Shown here one piece after another: positions 21,814 through 35,300 of a stretch of 64,000 nucleotides of DNA (the first letter of the stretch is position 1; the number at the start of each line of letters is the position of its first letter). The position numbers and the translations under genes are program-made. The notes under the pieces were generated by a model that saw only the letters and a program-made list of their open reading frames with translations, searched no databases and was not told the origin of the DNA. Where the stretch lies: NCBI RefSeq assembly GCF_963853765.1, contig NC_088853.1, forward strand, positions 45,260,001 to 45,324,000, written 5' to 3'. The DNA comes from Magallana gigas (lineage: Eukaryota).

Positions 21814-24800
21814 AAAATATATATTTTTTAAAATGCTACAAAAAAGTTCAGTTGCAGAGGAAATGTTTTTAATCGACATGCATGTTGAATGGGGTCGGAA
21901 CCTGATAAAGAAGTGTTTCAAGAGAAATTCCATTACGTGCACATTGGACAGAATCTGCGATGAATATTTGATGCGCTGCCGATACAGAATCCAATCAATA
22001 TCAGCAGGGTAGCGACATTGTCACCAGATCTACAGAATGACTTACAGAATCTGAAACCAAGTCGTCAGTTCTCTGAGAATCGTTCAGTTTTCATATTCAT
22101 GAACAATTTTTTTTTTATATTTTGGAATGAAGAGGAGTAACAGGCTCTCTACATGCATACAAGTGTAAATACATATGCACTGAAGTGCATGCAAATCTCA
22201 TTGCTCAGAGCCGCACCATTTATCTCGTGGCAATGAGTTTTGGTGAAAATATGTGGGGAGAGACTTCTAGCATTTTTTTGTTAATAACTACTACACTTGT
22301 TTGGAAAGAAAAAACATTTCTTGAAGCGTTTCGGTTAATAAATCTTCTATATAAATTCTTCCTCTTGGGTTGTCATTACACGTATCTCTTTCAGCACAGT
22401 TTAGTACATTTGTTAATCAGAGCAAACGGTTATAAATTAGAAAAATTAAAACATTAAACTCATGCAATATTTATGTTGACACCCCAGCTTTTAAAATCTT
22501 AATATCAGTGCCATTTACAAAACATACATTTTTGCGTTAAAAAAGAAAATATGTTATCTCAAAATATTTTGTGTTAAATTTAAAAAAAAAGAAAAAAAAA
22601 AAGGAAAAGTAATGAAAGACACGTACCTCCAGCAACCATTTTGATGAAGTTTTTAAACCACACAACACAATAATTTATAACTGTATAAAGCTTTGTATAT
22701 CACAACAATATTACAACACCAACATACAACGGGGGAATGACACGGTCCCGTGCCCCGCGCGAGATTTATACCACCGCCTTCGAGATCTTCAATCTTTCTC
22801 TCAAAGACCCGCTATGCCAAACGATTAAACCTGCTTTGTTTACCATTATCCGCAGTCCCAGACAAAGAAGCTGTTCACCCCTACCTCATGGGATCGTCCA
22901 CTTTACGGAAGCTGGTAGCTATTAAGCCTCTATGGGGATTTCAGAAGCCAAAGGCAAGTTATTGGAATTATTGATTTGTAAATGGATGTGATTTAAAATT
23001 GAATAAACGAAGAAAACGGAATGAAGAAATCTCGTCCATGAAACATGAACAAGGACCCTGTTTTAATACATTTATTTCCCTTCATAAAATTATTGATATT
23101 GCAGAAAGAGTTGGAAAAAAAGCCCTTATTTAATATTGAATAATTTAAATCGAATATTTTTTAAAGACTGTGTCAGTTTAACTGTTGCAGTGAGTATTCG
23201 TATGGTATTGATATGTGGTTGTACATTTCTTCTCACGGGCGCCTGTCGGAGTTAATTAATTAAAGTTATCATACGGGAACTGTTACAAACATCATTGCGT
23301 TCTGTCGCCTGCCAATCACACTCGACGCCATTCTCGGACTCTGACCGTAGTGGCAGTGGCCCCCTACCGGTTAGGCAGCCACTGATGTACACCACCGGCG
23401 ATTTATTTTACAAGTTTCCTGCGTTCACCTGTCCAAAGCTGTGAATTGCGTTATGTAAGCATCTATACAGTAGTCAAATTTCAATGTCTGACCGAACTCA
23501 TGGACACAGCTAGTATTAATTGAAACATGTGGCTCTTCTAGATAAGTGTATAATGTTATTTTAGAGCCCCCGCAAAAATCATCCACAAGTTGTAAGTAAC
23601 CGATAGGCTTTGATTTTACAGTGAGCATGAATTGAATTTCTTTGCTGTTTGAAAAAAGCACCATTTACGAATACGTTAAACCCATCAAAACCCTGATTTT
23701 GCATAAGTTCAAAATTTGCACATTTCATGATTTGGTTTATGCAGGTATTTGCGCGAAAGTTGGAATCTCGGCGGACACCTGCCCCAATTGTTAACCGTAC
23801 CGGCGATTGTTACGTCATTCCGAGTATCAAAGCAATTAGACTTGAGCGGTTGGCACACGACCACCTGTCAAATCCAACCGCTGTACATAACGCCAAGTCT
23901 GATTGGTCACTGCAAACTGTGACATATGTCCATTTATATAAAGCAACGGGTTCTAATGAATATTAACACCTGCTATTATTTTAGGATTTTCAAATTTTGT
24001 TTACTTAACGGACCGCGCGATAAATCATTCACAGGAATGCCTTTCGTGTTCGATAAAAACCCATAAAATAATTGATGAGTTTTAAAATAGTAATCCTACT
24101 CTCATTCTTTATGATTTTAAATGAAGATTTTAATCAGTTGAATTTTTTTTAGAGATTTAAAACAAAGAATATGCGGTAAAATACTAAAAACTTGTCACAA
24201 TGGATATTCTTATTGTTATAATTACATGTAAAATATACCAGGGCACTGACTATGCATGTATACAATATAATCGTTTATACACATTAAAATCAATTTATTC
24301 CAACTTTCCGCTTACTTTAAGTTTAATTCGTTTGTTAACATCATCCAACATATAATACGTATCCCTGTGATTTATGTACACAATGAAGTTTTTAAAGTTT
24401 TGAAGAGGCTTAAAATTTTGCATAGTTTTCTTTCGAGGAAGCCGGAGTTATACTTTGACAAATTCTTGTTAATTTATTCATTTAGTTTCCAGCATGATTA
24501 AGGGGAAGGGGGTATCAAAAGCTGTTCAATAAAAACGACAACTATAGGACATCATTCCTGACATTGTACATAATAGATAAGAGAGACAATAATATGGGTA
24601 AAAGTACATGTAGTGGTCAGATATTCAAATTTGATTTCTTGATTATATATGTTTATAGATTCTGATTTAAATCCAGATATACTCGCGTGTGTAAACGCGC
24701 CGTCTGATTTTATTGAAATCGATAGACCGGGTGCCAAACAGATGTGTAAATATTTAAACAGGAGCCCATTATAGGTCCCGCTAACTACCCAACAGATGTA

Positions 24801-25138
24801 CCAAATCCGTACTCAGGATCCTCGGCCATGAACGACAAGGAAATGTCTTTGAAATTTTGATAACACATGTCACTCGTCTAAATTATGAATAAAAGATACT
24901 GTCTTTGTTACTTCGTGTACAGATTTTACACCGCTATACATGTGTCATCACATATAAACGATTTTTTAGTATTCGTTATAATTTCCCTTATACATGTATA
25001 TATATATATATATATATCGTGGATTTAACTTTTCTACGAATCGTTCTTTTCATCGATTTTTTTTTGCCGAAAAAAGTATCATTTACGCTAGTACACTTAT
25101 TAATTTTAACGTTGTTTAGAACAAATGGTCAACAATAC

Positions 25139-25211
<73 letters not shown>

Positions 25212-28200
25212 GAGGAGAAGGGTATTGGGGACAATGAGGACACTCAGCCAAACAAAGACCAATCAGGAACAGTGGGATATTTCCAGATTTATCTCTGCCT
25301 AGAGACCCACAGGAAATCAATGGTTTCCCACGCTTTTATCTAAAAGTGCAGAACTGTGTTTGCACCACCGATCGGAAAACTGAATTGTAACATAGCTGTT
25401 CAATCACATCATCTCAGGGTAATTGTGTGATTCGACCGACCGGAAAACATATCGAGACTGATGCCAATGCTAGATTGTTGTCCCCAACGATTGGTTCCAT
25501 TTTCCACCGACATCTACAAGGTATAAACAAAAGGTCCCCTCCATCGGCAAAACTTTACAGATTGATTTCAATTCATTTAGTATACATGGAAATGTCAATA
25601 TTCATTTATTATTTAGTCCCGTAATAGTAGATATCGTAACCGACTCGCCAAACAAAGGTCCAGAAAGCTGTTAATAATTCAGGCGTTTGCTACAAATGAC
25701 TTGATAATGATCTACCTATGATTTTTCCGCCCCAGAGAATCCACACCTGTGTTTTTATCTGATCTTGAGGCATGCGCAACATTTCGGCACGCGCCAAGCT
25801 CGCGCCACAAACCGTGTGGCCACGTGCGACACTGATTAACTTCTGCTCGACAATACCTGTACAAGGTAAAAACTTGTCAAATAAAGGTAAAAATCACCTG
25901 CGACACCGTGTGAATTGCAAAATGTCGACACAAAGATCGATGGCTGCCATTGTGTAATAAGAACGACTGAGAAATCTCGACTCAATAACATTCGCCCACG
26001 AAATCTGAGCTTATCATTGTTTTCATTGTTCAAAATAATGAAATGAATTTTGTTCCCTTTTGCATTATTGCTTTGAAGAAAGAGACGCATGGATTTTTTA
26101 AATTTAATAAAGATATTTCAGGCACATTGCATCCTTGAAGAAGAAAATACATGTAATCTTAATTTGATAAAAAAAAAATTCATTTTGTTAAAATTGGAGT
26201 TCTAGATTATGAAATGTGCAATCTTTTCCTACTGGCGGGGAGCACGGATTGGCCGGGAGGAGGCAAGAGGCCTGTGCCCCTAACTTTTCTTTAAGGTGTC
26301 TTTTTCTCCCTCCCCCTTGAATTTATATACAGAGAAAGAGATTTTGCCCCTTTTCACCCACTGTAATTAGAAAATTATAAAATTTGCAAAATGTATGTTC
26401 ATTTGGCTATGATAGAAGAACAGCGATTAGGATTTTGAAGATTGGCAATTTTAAATCTTTTATTATATTATTTGCCTGTCTACGCGCTAAACCAAGCATA
26501 TCAAGTGATTTTTATATGCATGTAAAAATTTCGGGTACATCTCCCGCCCCATGCACCCCCTTCCCCACTGTCAAAAACGATGCTACGTGCATGTCCTAGG
26601 CATTTTAGATATAGAACAGTTCAAGTATTATGTATACCTGTGTAGGGTCTCATAAGATCTAGATTGAAAACTACGTGAAGAAATATATATAAGTAGCAAT
26701 GAGGAGTGAGTCACATGTGGACTCCTTAATCCCTCACCCCTTTCATCATACCACTAATACAAGAGATTCAAATATTCAAAAATTGGGGGGAGGGGGGGAT
26801 AGATACAGATAATACATGTATACTTTTCTTGGTATAAGATATCTAAAATCCTGTGGATAATATGTATCCCTAGTCCCCTTATGAATCAAGTATAGAAAAG
26901 TAAGAGTTAAGTGCTCATGAATCAAGTAAAGGCCGTATATTATTTATACCATTTAGTGCTTCTCTCCCCCGTTATGAATTATGCAGCCATTGTACAGTTT
27001 CATTACATTCAATAATTCAGATAATTGATCGGAGAGCCGGGGAAGCTACTCCATAGATCACAACAGATACACGCAGTTAACATCAATTGTTCACAACGAA
27101 CCCAGGAATCTACTCTCTTCTCTGCGAAAACTATCGGTCTGCTTAATTGAAGTTGAATGTTTTTCTTAAAAAGTGAAATGACTTCACCTGCTGCGCATTA
27201 GAGAAATATTTTCGCAAGCTTTCTCCAACAATTAACTACTGGAGGAACGCAATGCAGATGTAGGGAAAGCAGGGAAGATGTTCCGTCCTGTCGCTCTTTG
27301 AAGTCGCTGTAGTTTGAAATTAGGGGGGGAGGATTTCTGTTGCTATTTCTTCAGTGTTTACACAACGAAGAAAGGCAGCTTGTGTTCAAAATTTGCTTCA
27401 GAAAATTACGCGATTTTTTTTTTTTTGCCAAAAAGTAAACGAAGCATGCCATAATTCAGGAGGTAAAAACAAAAACTAAAAGAATTTGAATTGTTTGTTA
27501 TTTTTTTGGTGCATTCCAAACGGAATGAATTGCGAAAAATATCTTTCTCTGATTTCGGTTATTCGTTTGAATTATTTTGTAGATTTATCTTATAACTTCA
27601 AATGACTTTAGAAAAAAAACCCCAGAGTTCTTGATAGTAAACCGAAGATACGAACATGCATTCCATTGTAAACAAATCGATTTCATGACAATATCAAGAT
27701 ACTGATTTTAAATTGAGAACGAAATCCACAAATCCATTTCCCATTTGTTCTGCCGCCCGCGTTGCCGTCTGCTCGGCACGCGAGGGCACGAGGGGACACG
27801 CGACCTTTGTCGTCTGCACAATGAGTCGTCTGCTCCGGGTCGGCCGAGGACGGAGTCACTGACCAGCGGTCCTTTGTAAGCAGTCACACAGCCCGCGGTC
27901 CCCCGATGGGGTGAGGGAAGGAGGGAGATCCGGGCTAACACGGGGTTTTCATTTTCTTTTACCCTTGGGATTTCCGGATTACGCGGGGGTGTTAAGGAAG
28001 CATATGGAATCTGAGTTACATGTAATTCCGTGAAATCACAAATCTTAGTTATTATGTACATATTCAAATATATAAGCAAAGAAACGTAGACCAAAAACAA
28101 ATTAAAAAGTACTGAAGACAATTTTTGCCAGAAATTAGTTTGTATTACGTAGATTTACACATTGATGACGTCATGACTAAAAGTTGAATGTCGTGTGAAT

Positions 28201-28992
28201 TTGATCGGAGAGCATTGTAAACATATTCAAAATATAACTAATCTAAGAACTCTAATAAAGTATTGTGGTGTGATTTATTGAGAATTGAACATAAGAATAC
28301 TGGAGGAGATGTTAGTTTTATCAATCATTTGCTAAAAGGTATGTAATTTTGCTTTTATTTCTCGGCCAGGCTTTCCTCTGTCGTTGTTTACGATATAAAA
28401 ATCCGGCTAGAACAACACTACCCCGTGTATATTGAACTTGAAATTTTATACGTATCGTTAGTTTGATCAATGCTTGAATTGAAAAGTGCTGCTAGAATCA
28501 CATGTTGTGTGTTGTTTTAATGCAATTTGCCGTTTTCCGTGCAAACTTTATAAACGTTCGGAAGGTTTTACGAGAACCGGATGAATAACTTTTTAATAAG
28601 GAAAAACATAGGATTCTAGCAGCGGTTTTGATTAAACTGAGATGTTTTGCCTTCACTTGGTATGTTTATTGTATTTTGGTAACCGCGGGGTAGTGTTGTT
28701 CTATCTCATTTTATGTTAAGGAATATACGTAAGCTATTTATAGTTGTCACGTGATAATGCACTAATGTGGCAGTGATGTACTACCCGATTTTATTGCACT
28801 GACATCTATTTTAAAGGATAATACTAAGTTTTTGATCTTATTCAAAATAATGATTTAATTTCACGATTTTGAATACAACAATCAAAATAAGACGGCATAT
28901 TGCCCATATGCTTCCTTAACACCCCCGCGTACTTTTCATAATTTTCTTTTTTTTTTAATAATATCAAAAAAATAAAATAAATGAAAACAACT

Positions 28993-29023
<31 letters not shown>

Positions 29024-29236
29024 GTTATGCATCTACTTTATGTACATGCAATTAATAAAAAGTTAAGTTCATTTAATCACTGTATAACATTGTACGAATT
29101 AAATTTCCAAGAGTAAAAGAAAACAGCTTCTTTCTATCTCTGATATGCATCTTTGTGTTGTGAATATTAATTTTTTTTTAGTTATTATTAACTAAACAGA
29201 AAAGGAAATGAAAAAAAAGTAATGCAACAAACAGGG

Positions 29237-29316
<80 letters not shown>

Positions 29317-32300
29317 TTTATGATATCTTTTTGCATTATGAAATGTATGTTATTAAAAATCAGTGAAGTTCATTTATTCATGGTAAACACAGAATTTACA
29401 ATATGACAAACACAAATATTTTAGTCAGATGTACATGAAAATTTTTAGAAAAATCTTGAAAAGTTATTGACTCTCACCAAACTGCATATGTATGTATGTG
29501 GAATCTGTCTCTTTTCAAATATTTGAAGTAAAAAAATCTTATTTGTCCGGCTTAACAAAATAAATAATAAAATTTTTAAAAAAAAATTGCATTAAGTGTG
29601 CAAAGGAAGTATAAACAAATACCATCCCCCATTACTTGGGCGGAATACCCCATTATTCATATGCATCATTGACTTTTAAACATTTCCCAACCTTCAAAAG
29701 AAAGGAAAAAAAAACGGTACATGTGCACACGAGTCTTTTTTGTTTGAAAGTTCTTATGCTTTCAATAGCGAGGGCCGTTGTCTTATTATAGAAAAACCTC
29801 TCTTATTTTAATAATGATAGAAAAACAAGCTACATGTATTAAAATTTTCTGTTTTGAAAACATATTTTTGAACATCATTTTATTTTTAGAAATATTAAAT
29901 GATTGGGGAATATACTGCTTTTCTAGTAAATATATATGTATGTACGTGTATACGTGATGAAGCCTGTTTAATATGTGCATGTTAGATCAATTTAAGCTTA
30001 ATACAGAAACAAGACCATGCAAAAAAAAACACCTCTAAAACAATGAAAATATCGGATTAAATAGGTTTCTATGGCAACACAAATACACCAAGGTAATTTG
30101 ACACCGTCAAAGACAGAAATTCTCCACACACCATGCAAAATGCACCAGGTATATAAAAAAGATTTCTTCTCCGGAATAAAGGCGACTCGGGGTATTTTAA
30201 TTAAGGAGCCAGGGCTCCACAGCTGCTGTTTTTCACAGAGCTTGTCACCTGGTAATTGAATAACACCATTCCGAGAAAATATCGACATGATTTCAAGATG
30301 TTTTCTCACTTCTTTCTCTCATTAATTTACATATAAATAACAATGGAAACACGTCACCAGAAACTTGTTACACGTCATTTGTTTCGCGGTGTTACGACGT
30401 CATAGCTACACGTATCTAACAATAGATGGATACACTCCGAACGGAATTCATGAAATAATACAATCGTTGATTTTTTTTCAAGGAATCATTAACTTTATAT
30501 GCATGATGATATAATATCTTTCATAATTTTATTCGCCCTAAATGCAAATTGTAGCACTCTGATTGGACCATCTTTAAAAAAGTTAAGGTCTTAATATTTT
30601 ATAATTCCCGCTGCCTTCACAAGAGTGGTATATGTATATAGATGAAGGAATCCGACTCTGTCCCTGTGGACAGCTATGTTGATTCGATATCCCATTACAG
30701 TCTATCTGTTGTGAATACCGATAGGGTTATTTGTGAAATATTCTCTATTTTCGCGATGGGGAACGAGATGTGAATTTTACGTATTGCTAATTGTGGTATG
30801 ATTCCCAGCACGTTTAGACCTTTCAATCTTCGTCTGTTTTGATACTCGTGGATAATTGTGGTTTAAGAATGTAGCAAGTGTATTTGAAAAAAAAAATTCT
30901 GAATACGAACAATAAACAGACATGCAGAAAAATGTTTTGTACCTTTTTCTTTTTTTATTCAAACAGATTTACGAGCATGCGCACAACACAAGTCACGTGG
31001 ACATACCCGCTCTGTTCTCGCTATCCGCTGGTTTGACTTGGATTGGACGATTCATCTGTGAAAAAAAAAATACAGGGATCGTGAAAAATACTCCTACATG
31101 ATCTAAAATATGAAATCCAAAAATCTGCCTATATCAAAACTTGAGGATTGAGTAAAAAAAAGACATTGTTTTAATATTTTAACACAACCAGCGCCAGGCA
31201 GTCTGTAGACAATTTATATAATACTGCTCACTAAAAGCATTAATTTTATGAACAATGTTAAATCGATTATCAATATAGGTTTTATTTCTATATATGGTAG
31301 AACAATTGACATAATTGCGGATATATATGGAAGTTTGAAATTGAAAACTTTAAAATGTTCATGATGAGAAATAAGAACATTGGGTCTTTTTTGGTTAATG
31401 CATACAAAATTTAATCATCTTGTTTCCAGCGATATTCATCAATATAACAGTTATTTGAGGATACGAAGATGTGTTACTATTCTTTTAGTAACAATTTAAA
31501 GAAGAATGTATTGAGTTATATATTGGACATGTATTCCCCTAAGATTTTTCGTGGTTTGAAAATTGGTGGAGAGAAAAATAAATGTTATGTTTTATATTTC
31601 AGGAAGATTTTATAGATAGTTCAACTTGACTACACAGGTCTTCGAGGCACTGAACCTGAGTCAGTATAAAACGGCCAGCAACAAATCATCAATCCTTCAA
31701 CATTTTCACACAAAATGCCCATTCACCCCCATTTCTCTCTCTGTCAATACGGCAGGGAATATTTCTGAGTTGACAAATGCTCGAAAAAATCGATACATCA
31801 CGGAGAAAGGTTTCTTCAACAAGACAATTGAACGTCTGGAATTCCCCAGGGAGTTCGTTAACGTTATCTCAAGTTTAACCGAACAGCAAAGACTACACCA
31901 TCTCTTTTGTAATTTTTTTTTCTTCTTGCTAAACCATCTTCCTTTCGCTAACTTTATTTGAAGAAACATATTTGAAAGCCATAGTCTATGATTTTTAACG
32001 CACTTTAGAAGCGCGCGTGGCCTGTGTTACATAATGTTCGCCCTTCTCATGCATTAATGTGTCAGACTTCACCTTAAATCGAACACAACACCAGCCATCA
32101 ATCGAACACGCGCCCAGACTTATGTTACTGAGAGCTTTAAAGAATTTCCGCTTTTTTAACAACTTTCTTTCTTAAGTGTTTGATAGCAAACAACAGATAT
32201 GAATTTCAAAATCTGGTATCTAGAACGTGTATTTTCCAACCAAAAAAGCTTTCACAAACCGGAAGTACCTACTTAAACCAATAAAAAATAAAAGCCTCTT

Positions 32301-35300
32301 GACGACGGTTTTAACTTGAAAAAGAGAAAATAAAACTCGACATTTCATTGCAGACTCTTCATTTTCTTCGTTAACGACAATGCCTATTATGTTGAATATC
32401 TGTGAAGAAAAACGTATCATGAGTTTTCGTCCGTTGGTAAATTAAAATACATGCTTGTGTGAAGCAACAAAAAAAAAAAAACAGTTATTCACGCAATAAA
32501 ACTCCAATGGCTGCATTTGCCTGAGCCAAAGAGGTAACTGTTGGATCACTTCAGCACACAGTTAAAGGAACCCACATACATAAAACTGAGAATACGCCAC
32601 TCTTCATTTGATTTATTGCTCCAATTGACTTGGAGGACAAACCGAGTCTTTAGGAGCGATAAATAATATCTTTGTCGGTATTTGCAGAGTTCTACGAGGG
32701 TTTCACATAAGCTAGAGCTACCGGTTAGACAATCATGATGGAAATTTCAAATTCATTATTAACTATATGTACTTATTAGACCAGATGTTCAGCAATATAG
32801 ATTTATCTAGAAATTCTCTTCCGCTTCAGCTTCCTTTTCAGAGAAGGAAACAGAACAGAGAAGTCCATTAAATCAATATTTCAGATAAATCTTTTAGTAA
32901 TTCATCAAAATTATTTTAAGTTAAAAAGTGTCAAAGAAATTTCATGGTACTATATGCAGTCAAAATATATTTTCGAAAAAAGATTCCTGATGTTTTGATC
33001 TAGAAAATAACAGACGATTTGGTCGGAAAACCGCTATTATATTAATATCGTTTATATCAAATTAGTAATATTCTAAGATACAACACTAGTACATCTATTC
33101 TGTTATCATGTTTTATTTCTTATTTCCAGCTTTCTGTAACCCTTGAAAAAAAAAACCAATCGACAGTTCTTTGTATCCCAAATTATTGGGAAAAGGATTA
33201 TATTCATCTGGAGGAACCCTGTGATCAGATATGCTGGATAAAATTCTACAGTGTTGCTATGTGTTAGGACAAAACCAATGTTTCACCAAACATCGCACGA
33301 GCATTTAAATCAGGCTGTTATATAATAGGATACATTTTTGCCTTTGTCATAATAAAACAACAATACAAAGTATGATATCATTTCTGAGCGTGGTATACAT
33401 TTCCCCATGAACACGATTCCATGCAAAAGTTATTAATCTTTATGCAGAGACGTGCTATTAGACTGAATAGATACAGATCCTTCGATCGCGCGGTCGGAGG
33501 GCAACGTTTAATGACATCGATGCGATGGACGTCGGCGTATATAGTAGTCACCGGGTATAACAGACTCTCCGTCAAGCAGAGCGGGCTGCCTCGTTAGAGC
33601 TTATATACTAAACAGTTGTCGACTTTCACCAACGGAGAAAAATCCAAAGCGATTATCACCTCGTAAAAGCGCTGTGGCTGGAAGATAGAGATGATACACA
33701 ATCCCGGTAGATTTCTGGTGATGGCGGGCTTGTTACTGCAGGTTCCTCGTCCCTTATCGCTTGCTCCACTGTTTGATTATAGAATGTTTGATATTTAGAT
33801 AATGCTTATTGATAGGTAGAGCAGTCAGATCGGTGTTTTTACAGCGTTGAAACTTTGTTCTTACGCTAGCGACAGCACATGACGTCGGAATGCCTTGAAC
33901 ATTTGGTATACCTCTACCGGCGGGGTCCGGATTCAACCGTGTTTTCCTTAGATTTTAGATTTCTGAGGGGAGGGATGGGGTTGTTCCTGCATTCGGAGAC
34001 AGATATATTACATGGTTTTGATAAGACTCTTTGTTTGATCTGATTTCCGTTGAGGGAATGCACAATAAATCTGGAATCTTGTAGTTTATCTGTTCAATAA
34101 TAGAGCCCCGTTTCTATTTCAGCAGGAAGTAACGATAAGTCTCTGTTGGAATCTCCCGACATGCCGTTCGTCTTTTACAGTTTGTACAATTTAGTACCGG
34201 TGAAAATCTCTAAGAATGCGTTCTGAACGGTGGGAGCTTATCATAGCCATCTTATAGCAGTAATTATAGATAAGAAATACCATTCAATTGTTAAAGGAAA
34301 TTTGAATTTTTCCTTTAAACTGAGGAATAACATCGTGTATTTAGTAACAGTTATCTTAAAACCAGGCCACATATTTAGATTTTTTTGTCAATTGCAACCA
34401 GTTTAACCTGAACTTATAATGACTTCAAACTATCCAGTAGGACAAATACTACTAAGATTTTTATTTTAATTGATGTATTCCACTTCTTACTTATATATTT
34501 TCAACAAACTTACCATCCATATAAACAACACAGGTAGAAGAATACAATGTGAAGCAATTACAAAGCAGTGTTTTCTCAAACCTGAAATTATTTTTGTTTT
34601 AAAATCTTAACGTTGTTTAGAAATACTTGTACATGTGTCATTCACGCACCAAATAAAGCAACTTTTTAAAATTTCATATTAACGATTACAGTTAAGTAGA
34701 TGAATTGTAATGGCTAGAAATCCGCATTCACCTACGGGTATAGAATAATATATATAAATGGACTGAAATATTAGTCACCCATTATATTCTATAGATAGCT
34801 TGACATAAAACAGACTCTGATTGCAAATATTTTTAAAAAAATTTCCAGACCATCAAATGAAGACATTTTCTTCTAAACGATCTGTCGGTTTTCACAAACA
34901 ATTGGATTTAAGCGAACTCATGGCGCTCAAAAATATCTTCCCATGTACATGGGTTTTTTTCCGGTGTTCGGTTAATGGTCTCCTTTTTGGAGAGGAACAT
35001 GCACCGGCAGGCAGCAGCTAAATCTAACGAAGATGTGCTTAGAAGAGCGGTTTCCTTAACTCATCCGCGGCGACTTCAAAAAACACACCCGCGAGAAAAT
35101 AAATAACATTTAAGACTTATTATTAGCAGATGTCAATACGCTATAAATATTTCAAGCCGACAAAAAAAAAAACCCAGCTCTCGTTAGGAGCAAATTTCAC
35201 GAAACAACAAACACACTTCTAGCACTACGATTGCCGTTATTACAAGAATTCTTCAATGTCCGCATTCCAGGCGATGTTACTTTATTCTGGGACCAAAATG

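Noticed and set aside
27708-28121. 137-aa minus ORF across the GC island
   Set aside because: No usable splice donor or acceptor, it straddles a TE boundary, and the open frame is explained by high GC.
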